From Kudoa neothunni (taxonomy: Eukaryota > Animalia > Cnidaria): a stretch of 64,000 bases of DNA. Positions within the stretch are counted from its first letter, which is position 1. Each line of letters begins with the position of its first letter. Of this stretch, positions 38,760 through 51,897 are shown one piece after another. The notes under the pieces are model-generated. The model saw nothing but the letters and a program-made list of their open reading frames with translations. It was not told the DNA's origin and made no database searches. The translations under genes and the position numbers were made by a program. Location: positions 11,818,324-11,882,323 of the forward strand of contig OZ199838.1 in assembly GCA_964304625.1 (NCBI GenBank), read 5' to 3'.

Positions 38760-41700
38760 TTGTAAATTTCCGGATCAATATTTACGAAGAAGTATTATAT
38801 CCATTTATTGTCGAATGATTATTTCATCGAATTCATGAAACGGTATATAATACAATTGATTGTCGGTTAGTTGGACATGAGATCTAATTTTTGGATAGCA
38901 TGCAAATAATGTTTATTTTTATGTTAACTAACATTTATGTATTTAATCGAATATAACTGAAATATCATTGAACAGAATCAAAGCTTTTTTTACTTTTTTT
39001 TCTGCGAATAAAGATATATAGGGATATTTTAATATTGATTGAATATACACCGTAAATAAATATTTTTTACATTTTAAATAATATTGAATGATAATCAATA
39101 TAAATATAACGATAAACGTGACCTGCATTTTTTATATAATTATAAGTTATTAGGCAAATAAAAATTTATTTTATATAGGCTTAGATAAAACGTGATAAAT
39201 AAATCTGAATAAAATTTAATAATAAATAATAATTATCATTTCATTGAAAGTAAAATAATTATTTCGTTCAGTAGAAAGAGGAAAGCCGCTTAGTCACCAG
39301 CTCTAGTTGCTACAAAAGCCACTCCTCCAATAACCACAGCCAAAGCACCCAACACTGCGAGGATGCTAAATAAAAGAATTATGAAATTTTTAACCATATT
39401 TCACATCAAAATTACATCCACCAGTTCTTCTTCATCCAACCACTATATATAAAAAATAAATAGTTAAAATTCGTAATTTATATAATAATTATTATTACCC
39501 AGTCCCTTGTTCTATACAAAATTATATAACAATATATAGATAACCTAATAATTTACTTCCAACTTCAATCTCTTCAATAAGTGCTGCAGATTGTCCATCG
39601 TCAGATAACAACTGATAACTGTAATTTATATCTATATCCTCAAATACAACGGAGCTTGCACAATCAATATCTTGATCAGTTGGTTTTCCTATCTTCTCAA
39701 ATAAGAATTTATCCTCGGGATCTTTGGGATTGACGGCGTAGATAACCACATTACATAAATTCCCTGACTGAGTTTTGTCTGGTATGATGGTTAATCTCCT
39801 TTCGTAACCATCAAAAATGATGTCTGGTTTTACTTTATCATTATTTTTTCCTAAAAATAACGTTATAACGTTTTCAAATCAAGATTTAATCACTTAGCAG
39901 TCGCGACACTTGATAAACTGTGTAATCAATGTGACCAGCATGAACCAACTCGATATTTATGGTTACATTCACTGGCAAATCCACCACTTCGAATCTGTGA
40001 GAACATAAACCCCAACATGGTTTTCCATCAGAACAGGTGGCTATTGTTTTTTTAAATCTTCTGGATCTCTTGTATCTCACGTAACATGTCATTTTTGGAA
40101 GATACGACTCATATTCACTCCCTGCTCCTGGGATCATGAGCATTGTATCACCGAAAAAGAATGTTTGTGTCTCGCTGAATTGTATTGTTTCTAATCATAC
40201 TAAGTATTTATAATATAATATATGTATACTTGTGGCGAAAAACGAATTAACAGCATATTCAGCACTATTTTTTTCTGCTCCAATTTTCATCTCAAGAATG
40301 TATGCTGTGTTGGGAGTCAAAAGCTTTAGCGGTGTCTTATTGTCACATGCTTCAGGGCAAGCTTCATTTCTCTCTTCCCCACATATCGCAGTCATTGGTA
40401 GACCGGGAAGTTTCGCGTGTACCAATGATGGAAAACACTTAGGTGAATTCTCAAGGTTTGATACTTGAAAACTAGCTGAGGTTGCTGTGATATCAGATAT
40501 AGCAACAGTATTTTTTGTATCTATAAAATTCTGTAATTTATTATTTCGTTAAGGTTATACCTTTAACTTTATATTCTGCATATCCACGTCTAGTTCCAAT
40601 TTTGACTGTATAATGATCTGCAGCAGCATTTTGATTAGCCAAGTTTAAAGTAGTAGCTCCACCACAGTACTTGAAACATTTATCACTTTCGCCATTTCCA
40701 GCCTGACTACATTTTTCCGCGTATGTGCTAACACTATTACTCTTTATTTGGAAATTGCAGATCTCATTGTTCAAATATGGATTATGCATTTGTAATGAGA
40801 AATCTGTGTGTGGAGAGGTGGATTGAGAAGAAGTAAAAGGAACATATTGGTATTTGTTATCTTTATTGTAGAAAGACTTGTTAGCGTAAAACATGACTTT
40901 AGCTTGATTAGCCCCACAGTAAGAATAATAGGCATTGGACATTGAGTATCGAATTGGTATAGTAATGTTATGTAGATTACAGCTGTTATTTTCTACTTTA
41001 GCCAAAGTTCTATCATGTTTTGTACTTTTAACTCGGCATTTATAGTTGTCAGTGCAGAAATTGTTAACTCCGAATTGCGCTTCTTCTTCACTCAATGTTA
41101 CATTAGTTTCAGGAAGTCTGGGCATATCTATTGAAAAATGAGCTGAAAATTATAAGTATTATTGCTGTTTACCTGCCGGAATCGCTAATATATTTATTTT
41201 TCTTCCTTCAACAATTCTGAAATAGTGCATCAACCGTCCACTATTGACATTAATCACAACTATCTGATTACATTTCGTTTCGCACACAGGTAGAATATTT
41301 GCTTCAGTGGTTGCTCCAGATATTTTGCATATTGTCTCATTAAATTTTGCTCTAACTCCATTTCTAAATAAATGGTCTATTTTACAATCTTCGTTTTCGT
41401 CTCCTTTCAGATAAATTGTAATTTCGTCCATGTATGTTGAGATTTCTTGATCAACTATAGGTATATCGTCTGGATTTATTGTAGTTTCGGGAGGAGGGGT
41501 AGTGGTAATAGTTTCGGTAGCATCAATCGAGATGTCATTATCAGTTGGCGCGGAATCTTCATTTTCAGAATCATCGTCAGCTCCAGAATCATCTCCATTT
41601 TCAGAATCAACTTCAGTTTGAGAATTATCACCAGTTCTAGTACTATCTTCAATAACAGGATTAACATCACCAGAGTCACTTTCAGCATCAGGACTATCGG

Positions 41701-42055
41701 ATTTCATAAATATCGGATGAATATTCGACATTAAAAGCCGGCTACTTTGAGCAGCAGTAACATCGGTATTGGGAGCTTCTTCTGCTGCTGGTTTTTCCAC
41801 TACTGATGGAGGTGGTGGTGGTGGGCGTTTAATTTGTTGAACGAAATATTTGTGACAACGTGCTAAATATGAATAACAGAATTAAAAAATGACAGAAAAG
41901 CAATATATTACTAGTTGTGAGAGCTGTTAAAAATAAAAACAATATTGACAGCCTCATTTTATTAATTCTTCGTTATTAATCATTCATCGGAGTTATTGAA
42001 GTCACTAAAATTACGTCGCCAATAAACGATAATAGTCTATAAGAATTAGTTAATT
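38760..42055. repeat. Tandem segmental duplication unit (B gene plus B-A intergenic region), repeated at 48366-51755 and partly at 61860-64000
   Basis: Direct comparison shows long identical and near-identical tracts, including introns and flanks. Confidence 0.95.
39290..41957 (-). CDS. Gene B1: type I membrane protein with acidic/mucin-like N-terminus, Cys-rich and 4-Cys FN3-like domains
   Basis: Signal exon MRLSILFLFLTALTT; D/E/S/T-rich region; ICGEERNEACPEACD..LLTPNTAYILEM; 13-nt microexon 39499-39511; GWMKKNWW; TM IILAVLGALAVVIGGVAFVATRAGD*. Confidence 0.82.
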
Positions 42056-42101
42056 AATACTCAGTATATGCTTCCGAAGATGCTTTCTTACTTTTTTTAA
42101 T

Positions 42102-45100
42102 GGCAGTGTCTATTTTGCCGGACGCGCTTTTTCTCTTAAAATAATAATTCAATCGCTACAATTTTTTCCAAAAAATATCTTTTATAAATGCAGAATATAA
42201 ATTTAGTTTCATTTATCTTTTAATTAATAATTAGGTATCAAAATACATCGAGGATATTTTAAACTCATTCATAAGTATCATTATAAATGACATTAAATTT
42301 TTTATAAATCTGTATTATTTACATAATTAATTTAATTTTATGTGTAACAGAATCATAAACGAGTAAAATACCCTCTAGCGTGCGGTTGTAACTTTGATAG
42401 TCGCGAGTAGAATCACTATGGAAGGAGAGTCTGATCAAACACTACTAATTCAGGATATTACATCAGGCCCTAAGGTCGGAAATGCATTTACAAACTTTGA
42501 AAAGGCTAAAAAAATCATGGATAAGTACTCAAAGCGGAACAACCTTTGTTACTGGGTCCGAGACTCTAGAAAAATCTCAACTGCCCTAAAAAAATTTGAT
42601 AGAGACATGAACTCTGATCTTGTTTATTATGAAGCCACTTTTTGTTGTGTTCATGGTGGTAAAAATGTAATTATCTATATAAAAATTGATGTAATTAATT
42701 TGAATTCAGATACAATCTAAAAGTTCTGGAAAGAGAAAAATCAACAGCCATAAAAGTGGTTGCAATTTCTTCATTACACTGCGAGTTCCTAAAAACATGA
42801 ATATGTTAGTTATTAGAAAATTGGATCATACTCACAGCTGCAACAGAAATGAGCATTTTAGGAATTTTTTACCAATGAATAGAAAATTAGATGAAGAAAG
42901 CAAGAATCTTATAAAAAATGTTCATTTTTATGATGGAAATTTAAAAAGAGTACAAGTAGAAATCATGAACCAATCACAAAAAAAGGTTTCGTTGAAGCAA
43001 ATCCATAATTATATTCAAACACTAAAAAAATGTTTCGTTGGATATTTCGGAATTGTTTAATTCAATAAAAAAATTCTTACCCAAATGCAACTATCGAAAT
43101 ATTGCACAATAACTCCAATGAAATGACTGGAATATTTTTCCAAGACCTTTATATGAAAAATGTTATTAAAAAATTCCCCGAATTAGTATTTATGGATGCT
43201 ACTTATAAATTAATCAATAATCGTATCCCATTGTATATAAGTCTGTTTATCGATTCTTTTGAGCAAAGCCAAATAGGAGCTATTGCTCTTTTATCTGAGG
43301 AGAGTACCGTGACTGTTACCTGGTTATGTCAATCTCTACTTAAACATAACGAGGAAATGTCAACCAAAACAGTTTGTTTCATTACGGATAAAGACATAAT
43401 TGAAAGAAACTCTATGAGATCTGTATTTCCTAACGTAAGTACAAACTTATGCCTGTACCGTGTCTTAAGAACATTTGGTAGAGAAATCTCTACTTTAAGA
43501 ATGAGAATAAACAAAGCTGAAAGAAAAGCTGCCTTAGAGTTGATTCAAAAGCTTTGTTATACCGATGATCCAAAAATTTATGAAAATTACCATGAATTGT
43601 TAAATAAGACATGTAACAAAAAATCATTAGTTATTATAATAAATCTTGGGATCCAATCAAATATGAATGGTGCCCGGCATACATGAACCTAAAGGGTACT
43701 TTTTAAATGAAACCAATAATCGATTAGAATGCATAAATTCCAAAGTTAAACAAATCTTAAAAAAATTATCAACAATTGAAGTCTTTTTCAGCGATCTACT
43801 TATTTATTTATCAAGTATGAGGACTGAGCGTGAGAGTAAAGCAGTTAAAGAGTTTACAACCCAAAATGTTGAGAAATTAAATTCGGACATTAACGGACGA
43901 TATAAAACATTGTTACCTTCATATGCGTATAATATTATGCAGAATGAAATAAATAATTATATCGAACCCTATACCAATCCTGATCCCAATAGTTGTACAT
44001 GTTATTTCTACGTAAGTATGGAGTTGCCATGTAGGCATATTATTTACGCTAGAAAAATAATGAACATGAATTTATATGACGAGAAAATTTGTAATAAGAG
44101 GTGGCACAAAGAATATTACCTGTCATTTATTCAAATGACCAAAAATTTATATCTTCAAAATCCTTCGTGTTGTGTGCAACCAAGTATTACAGAAATTTAG
44201 AGTCAGTGACCTGTTCCGAATTCTGCTTTTAAGCGATACAGGGAGCTAGAAATTCTTTGTAAGAAAATAGCTTCGCTAGGGTCTGAAAAAACAGGGAGTC
44301 AATATGATTCATTAAAAAAGATTTTAGGTGAATTAATCTCTCTTATTTCCAATGGGGATTCTCTGGATAAGGTGACTATTTTTTCCACTATTCATATATC
44401 AACTTAATTTAGTTCAAGTTAATGTCTGAATCTGTCATCATAAACAATCAAGAGATTTCAATCCCAACATGTAATTAATGATATTGTCTTTAGTAGAATT
44501 TTTATTTCGTGTTTAGTTACTGAGGAATCACGATTAGAGAATGAGGATATACTAGAAGCAGTTAATGATAATGCTCCATCATCAATAATTGATATGGAGA
44601 TCCCGAATATTGTAGATGATACCACAACTAAAAATCCATCTTTGAAGGGTGTGTATCTTTTGTCCATTTTGCTAAATTCATAAAATTATAGGAATTAAGC
44701 TGCCAACAGTAGTGAAATTGAGAGGTAGACCAAAAGGTGTATTTCAAACAGTTATTGGTTTAAGAAAAAAAAGAAAATTATAATTATGATAATAATAAAC
44801 ACCAGTATCGATATATAGTATTCAAATATAGTTTTACGTGGATGTTAAACAGTCCCAATTATTTGGCGTTGCATTACAAGATAATTTCAAACATTTATTA
44901 TTTAAAAGCAGTATACTCAACATTTTATTAAATTTTAGTAGTGTATCAATCATCTGTTAAAAACATTTACCTAATTATAAAAATTTTAAATACGAATTGG
45001 CCAAATAGTTTTACTTTACTGTATTTTCATTTGGATATTATGGATACAAATTAGCTATGTTAAAATTCGTCACTGAATTAATGAAACTAAATTTATATTC

Positions 45101-45191
45101 TGCATTTATAAAAGATATTTTTTGGAAAAAATTGTAGCGATTGAATTATTATTTTAAGAGAAAAAGCGCGTCCGGCAAAATAGACACTGCC
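42102..45191 (+). mobile_element. Mutator-like (MULE) DNA transposon with ~110-bp TIRs and 9-bp TSD
   Basis: TIR GGCAGTGTCTATTTTGCCGGACGCGCTTTTTCTC... at 42102, inverted and ending at 45191. TSD TTTTTTAAT at 42093-42101 and 45192-45200. Confidence 0.93.
42418..44783 (+). pseudogene. MULE/SWIM (ZSWIM1/3-like) transposase, intron-containing, with frameshifts
   Basis: FMDATYK, FITDKD, TNNRLECIN (DDE); SWIM zinc finger CTCYFYVSMELPCRH; AT-hook RGRPK. Frame breaks near 43030-43100 and 43620. Confidence 0.8.
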
Positions 45192-45986
45192 TTTTTTAAT
45201 TTTAAATTGGCATATATCATCAAGGTTAGGATCGTGAAAATGAATAACTAGACTATTAGGTTTATCGGAAGTTTTATGAAGGGAAATGGCAAATTTCCTA
45301 GGTCCTTCTGGAATCATCAACTCCGTGTTGGCGTAGTCGAAGAATACGTTTGCCTCAGACGTTCCACAATATAACTCTAGGAGAAAATTTGACGGTCGTC
45401 GATATGTAGCCGATAACTCGTAGTATCTCCCACAGTTAACATTAGCAGGAATACTATCCAAAACTATATGTTTATGTCTGATTTGGCATGTTGTTGAAAA
45501 CTGACAGTTTTTCTTCACTTTAAAGTAGACATTGTCTTCTATCAATTTGGGAACCACATTTGGTGGCTTGGGAAAGTCTATTTTATAATATTAAACTCTT
45601 ATAGAAACAGAATTATATTACTGTTTTCTACATAAATATAATGTGTTGACTTTTTTGATTTAATTAACATGTAGTATGATGTTTGAGCTTTGTTAGTTTT
45701 AACCAATACTTAATCACGACAATCCACCGTACAAAATGGTAAAATTCCACATCGTACGTCTTCATATTGAGCTACGTTATCGGTTACACTAAGCAACTTT
45801 ATTGTGCATGACGTTTTTGCCGTCCCTCTCAATCTCAAGTAAATTGTGTCACTCCCAGCAATTCGTTCTACCATATACTGATGCAGACAAACTAAGAATA
45901 AGGTAGCTAAACTACGATTTAATTCAGTTATATGTACCTTGTTTGACACAAAACAATGACCATATCAACCACAACCATAGCTCCAT
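45192..45986 (-). pseudogene. Gene A2: 5' part of a duplicate of A1, disrupted
   Basis: Near-identical to A1 37905-38681. In-frame stop at 45710-45712 (GAA in A1). Interrupted by the MULE; ~40 nt continue on the far side (42060-42101) and the rest of the gene is missing. Confidence 0.85.
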
Positions 45987-46067
45987 CGTATTTTTTTTAT
46001 TTAATATAAAGGGATAAAAATTCAAAAGCCTAGGATTAGATTAATACAGACTAAAGATCCTATAGAT

Positions 46068-48357
46068 CAGTGGCTCTTAACCTGGGTTCGATGAAAAAAT
46101 TCCTAATATTAGATCACATTTAGGATTAATATTCTTTATAATTTTAATATTTTAAATAAACCTTCTATTGGTTGTCTTTATAATCCTGATTAGGAGCTCA
46201 ATTAAAAAGATAATAATGATCACTTAAAAAATTATGGATAATTTAGCTAAAATTATTATTTGAGCATTTGAAATTCTTTTCGATTTATCTGATTAGTACA
46301 ATCACGTGTAACTGGTTACAGAGTTTACTTCGCGTCAGTGTTATTTACTTGCTAATTTTGTGAGGGTTACTGGAAATAAACATTGGCACTTTGAATGTTT
46401 AACCAAAAAAGAAAGTGATCAATTGATTTTGTACAGTTCGGTTTTACCTATGTAACGGAACTTAATTGTATTCAACGACCTCTTTGCATGATATGCAACT
46501 CGAAGTTAAGTAATTCTAGTTTGGTACCGGCGAAACTAAAAGAGCATTTTACAATTGTCCATGGAGACTCTGCATATAGGAATATGACTCTTTCCGAACT
46601 TGGAGCAAAGAGAGTAAGATATGACGTAAGATCTACTTTGCAAAATTTTTGATTTGTTAATATCGATAAGCCTATCTTAACAGTAACATATGAAGTTTCA
46701 TATCGCATTGGAAAACAAGGTGAACCTCACAATATTAGTGAAACGCTCGTTAAAGCTGTCGCGTTGAAGATGGCAAATATTTTATTGGGAAGTATTGCAG
46801 AAAAAAAATTAGCACAAATTCCTTTGTCAAATGATACCGTTAAGAAAAGAATTGATGATATGATTAAAGATATTTTGGATCAATTATTTTCTGATCTAAT
46901 TTCATGTAAAGCAAAGTTTAGTATACAATTTGAAGAAACTGCTGATATATCAAACCTAAGTCAACTGGTTTCGTTTGTTAGATATTTGAAAAATGGTGTT
47001 ATTGTTGAATATTTTCTTTTTTGCAAACCTTTAACAACAACTGCCAAGGCAGTGGATGTTAAGAAAGTTGTCGATGAGTTTTTCAAAGACAATGGGCTTT
47101 CATGGAATATGGTTTCTTCTTTTTGCACTGATAGTGCCCAAGCTATGCTGGAGCGTAACTCTGGTTTTTGTGCTCTTGTGAAAGCAGATGCACCTCATAT
47201 TATTGTTATGCATTGCATTTTACATTGATATGCATTAGCAACAAAGAATATGTCTCCAAGGTTGGCAGAAGTGTTGAAAATCGTGATAGATTGTGTAAAT
47301 TTTGTGAGACGTAATGCTTTGAACCATCGAATTTTTAAATATTGCTGCAAAGAAATGGATTCTGAGTTTGAATTACTTTTGTTTTATTAAAATGTGAGGT
47401 GGCTGTCTCGAGGGAAGTATTAAACCGCGTTTTCACTCTGCGAAAGGAAATGGGTATATTTTTGCTGGAATGTAACCATTGCCATGCACAATGTTTCAAT
47501 AATTTGGAATTTAATCTTCTTTTGGTATACATGGCTGATATTTTTGATTCCATAAACTGTTTGAACCTGCAGATGAAAGTAAATGGAGTCAAAATCATTG
47601 AGGCAGAGATGCATCTTAGTGCATTCCAAATAAAATAATCTTTATACAAACGAAGAATAATGGTCGACAATTATGCAAACTTTCCACGTTTAGACGATAT
47701 TTGTAATATTAATGGCGACGGTAACAACGAATTGATCATTTTACCTTTTGCATTAAGGGAAATAATTACTGCAAATTTAAAAGAACTTTCTAACTCACTC
47801 GATGGCTATTTCCCTTCTAAAAATTCATTCCCCGGCTGGGTGAGGCAGCCATTTAGCTGAGGATGCCAATAATAAATATCTTGATGAGCTAATCGAACTT
47901 CAACACAACACAATTCAAAAACAACTTTTCGAAAAAGTTTCACCATCAATCTTTTGGATAAATCAAATTGAGAAATATCCTGCAATTTCGATGAAAGCAT
48001 GGAAGTTTTTATTCCTTTCGTAATAACTTATCTTTGCGAACAATCATTTTCAAGATTGGTCACCATGAAAACTAAATTAAGAAATAAGCTTTTCTGTGAA
48101 AACGATATGCGAATTGCTCTCTCCAGCATTTTGCCTCGTATTGTGGATTTGGTTGCAAAAAAACAAGAACAAAAATCGCACTAATTGGATTTATATTAAT
48201 TTTATTTATACGTTTTGCAATTTTTATGATGTGCAAAATAATGATTAAATTGTAATTCATTTTATTTAAAATTTAAAAAATTTTATGTTTGAGGTTCGAC
48301 GAGGCGTGCTATAGGGTAATAGTGGTTCGGCGACTCTCAAAATGTTGAGAACCACTG
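46068..48357 (+). mobile_element. hAT (Buster/SPIN/ZBED8-like) transposon with decayed transposase
   Basis: TIRs CAGTGGCTCTTAAC / GTTGAGAACCACTG; 8-bp TSD CTATAGAT (46060-46067, 48358-48365). The empty site is seen in the paralogous region at ~38753. Motifs IPLSNDTVKKRIDDM, FCTDSAQAML, HCILH, TYLCEQSFS; multiple stops. Confidence 0.95.
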
Positions 48358-48953
48358 CTATAGATTGTAAATTTCCGGATCAATATTTACGAAGGAGTAT
48401 TATATCCATTTATTGTCGAATGATTATCTCATCGAATTCATAAAACGGTATATAATACAATTGACGAACGATTAGTTCGGCATGAGATCTAATTTTTGGA
48501 TAGCATGCAAACGGTGTTTATTTTTTTGTTAACTAACATTTTATATATTTAATTAAATATAACTAAAATATCATTGGATCGAATAAAAGCTTTTTTAATA
48601 TTTTTTATATAATTAAGAATATATAAGGATTCTCATAATATTGATTGCATATATATCGAAAATAAATTCGAAATTTTTATGAATAACCATGTTAAAAATT
48701 TTTGGAAAACAAGTAAATAAATATTTTTTACATTTCGAATAATGATTAATTAATAAAAACATAAATATAACGATAAACGTGATCAGCATGATTTTTTATA
48801 TAATCATAATTCATCTGGCAAATAAAAATTTATTTTATATAGGCTTAGATAAAACGTGATAAATAAATCTGAATAAAATTTAATAATAAATAATAATTAT
48901 CATTTCATTGAAAGTAAAATAATTATTTCGTTCAGTAGAAAGAGGAAAGCCGC

Positions 48954-51651
48954 TTAGTCACCAGCTCTAGTTGCTACAAAAGCCACTCCTCCAATAACCA
49001 CAGCCAAAGCACCCAACACTGCGAGGATGCTAAATAAAAGAATTATGAAATTTTTAACCATATTTCACATCAAAATTACATCCACCAGTTCTTCTTCATC
49101 CAACCACTATATATAAAAAATAAATAGTTAAAATTCGTAATTTATATAATAATTATTATTACCCAGTCCCTTGTTCTATACAAAATTATATAACAATATA
49201 TAGATAACCTAATAACTTACTTCCAACTTCAATCTCTTCAATAAGTGCTGCAGATTGTCCATCGTCAGATAACAACTGATAACTGTAATTTATATCTATA
49301 TCCTCAAATACAACGGAGCTTGCACAATCAATATCTTGATCAGTTGGTTTTCCTATCTTCTCAAATAAGAATTTATCCTCGGGATCTTTGGGATTGACGG
49401 CGTAGATAACCACATTACATAAATTCCCTGACTGAGTTTTGTCTGGTATGATGGTTAATCTCCTTTCGTAACCATCAAAAATGATGTCTGGTTTTACTTT
49501 ATCATTATTTTTTCCTAAAAATAACGTTATAACGTTTTCAAATCAAGATTTAATCACTTAGCAGTCGCGACACTTGATAAACTGTGTAATCAATGTGACC
49601 AGCATGAACCAACTCGATATTTATGGTTACATTCACTGGCAAATCCACCACTTCGAATCTGTGAGAACATAAACCCCAACATGGTTTTCCATCAGAACAG
49701 GTGGCTATTGTTTTTTTAAATCTTCTGGATCTCTTGTATCTCACGTAACATGTCATTTTTGGAAGATACGACTCATATTCACTCCCTGCTCCTGGGATCA
49801 TGAGCATTGTATCACCGAAAAAGAATGTTTGTGTCTCGCTGAATTGTATTGTTTCTAATCATACTAAGTATTTATAATATAATATATGTATACTTGTGGC
49901 GAAAAACGAATTAACAGCATATTCAGCACTATTTTTTTCTGCTCCAATTTTCATCTCAAGAATGTATGCTGTGTTGGGAGTCAAAAGCTTTAGCGGTGTC
50001 TTATTGTCACATGCTTCAGGGCAAGCTTCATTTCTCTCTTCCCCACATATCGCAGTCATTGGTAAACCAGGTAGATTCGCGTGTACCAATGATGGAAAAC
50101 ACTTTGGTGTATTCTCAAGGTTTGATACTTGAAAACTAGCTGAGGTTGTTGTGATGTCAGATAACGTAACAGTATTTTTTGTATCTATAAAATATCGTAA
50201 TTTATAATTTAGTTAAGCTTATACCTTTAATTTTATATTCTGCATATCCATGTCTAGTTCCAATTTTGACGGTATAATCAGCATTAAGAGCACTATCTTG
50301 CCCATCCACGACCAATGTGGTGGCTCCACCACAGTACTTGAAACATTTGTCATTGACAGTACTTCCAGTCTGACTACATTTATCCTTAAAATCATTGCCA
50401 GTATCTTTAATTTTGAAATTGCATATCTCATTGTTCAAATATGGATTATGCATTTGTAATGAGAAATCTGTGTGTGGAGAGGTGGATTGAGAAGAAGTAA
50501 AAGGAACATATTGGTATTTGTTATCTTTATTGTAGAAAGACTTGTTAGCGTAAAACATGACTTTAGCTTGATTAGCCCCACAGTAAGAATAATAGGCATT
50601 GGACATTGAGTATCGAATTGGTATAGTAATGTTATGTAGATTACAGCTGTTATTTTCTACTTTAGCCAAAGTTCTATCATGTTTTGTACTTTTAACTCGG
50701 CATTTATAGTTGTCAGTGCAGAAATTGTTAACTCCGAATTGCGCCTCTTCTTCACTTAATGTTACATTAGTTTCCGGAAGTCTTGGCATATCTATTAAAG
50801 AATAAGCTTAAAATTATAGGTAATACTATTATTTACCTGCTGGAATCGCTAATATATTAATTTTTCTTCCTTCGACAATTCTGAAATAGTGCATCAATCG
50901 CCCACTATTGACATTAATCACAACTATCTGATTACATTTCGTTTCGCACACAGGTAGAATGTTTGCTTCAGTGGTTGCTCCAGATATTTTGCATATTGTC
51001 TCATTAAATTTTGCTCTAACTCCATTTCTAAATAAATGGTCTATTTTACAATCTTCATTTTCGTCTCCTTTCAGATAAATTGTAACTTCGTCCATGTATG
51101 TTGAGATTTCTTGATCAACTATAGGTATATCGTCTGGATTTATTGTAGTTTCGGGAGGAGGGGTAGTGGTAATAGTTTCGGTAGCATCAATCGAGATGTC
51201 ACTATCAGTTGAAATGTCACTATCAGTTGAATTGTCACCCTCAGTTTCAGAATCATCTTTAATTTCTGGATTATCTTCAACCTCAGGATTGTCATCAGCA
51301 CTAGCATCTCCATCAGCCTTAGGAGTACCTTCAACGCTAGATTCAACTTCGGTTCTAGAATCACCTCCAGCACTAGAACTACTATCATCATTAGAAGTAA
51401 TGGATTTCATAAATATCAAGGGAACATGTGACATTGAACTCTGGCTGTCTTTAGTAGCATCAGCAGCGGGTTGGGAGTCTCCTGCTGGATTTTCTACTGC
51501 TAATACTGGTGGTGGAGGGCGTAGAATTTGTTGAATGAAGTATTTGTGACAACATGCTAAATATGAATAAGAGAATTAAAATATGACAAAAAGTTAAATA
51601 GTTACTAGTTGTGAGAGCTGTTAAAAATACAAACAATATTGACAGCCTCAT
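48954..51651 (-). CDS. Gene B2: paralog of B1
   Basis: Same exon structure as B1. The 3' exons are essentially identical; the N-terminal acidic region and third Cys domain diverge. ORFs are intact. Confidence 0.82.
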
Positions 51652-51897
51652 TTAATTAATTCTTCGTTATTAATCCTTCATCGGAGTCATTGAAATCAAT
51701 AAAATTACATCGTCAATAAAGGATAATAATGTCTAAAAATAAAAGTTAATCAATCCTAGTACCATGGGTGGTCAAAAATTAATTGGTGCAATTAATTGAT
51801 TGCAATAAAATCTCCAATTATAATTTAAAATTAAATTTTTCAAATTTATGATTCCGTTTTGCATTTATCTATCGCAGCGTTGTGTTTTTGTATGTTG

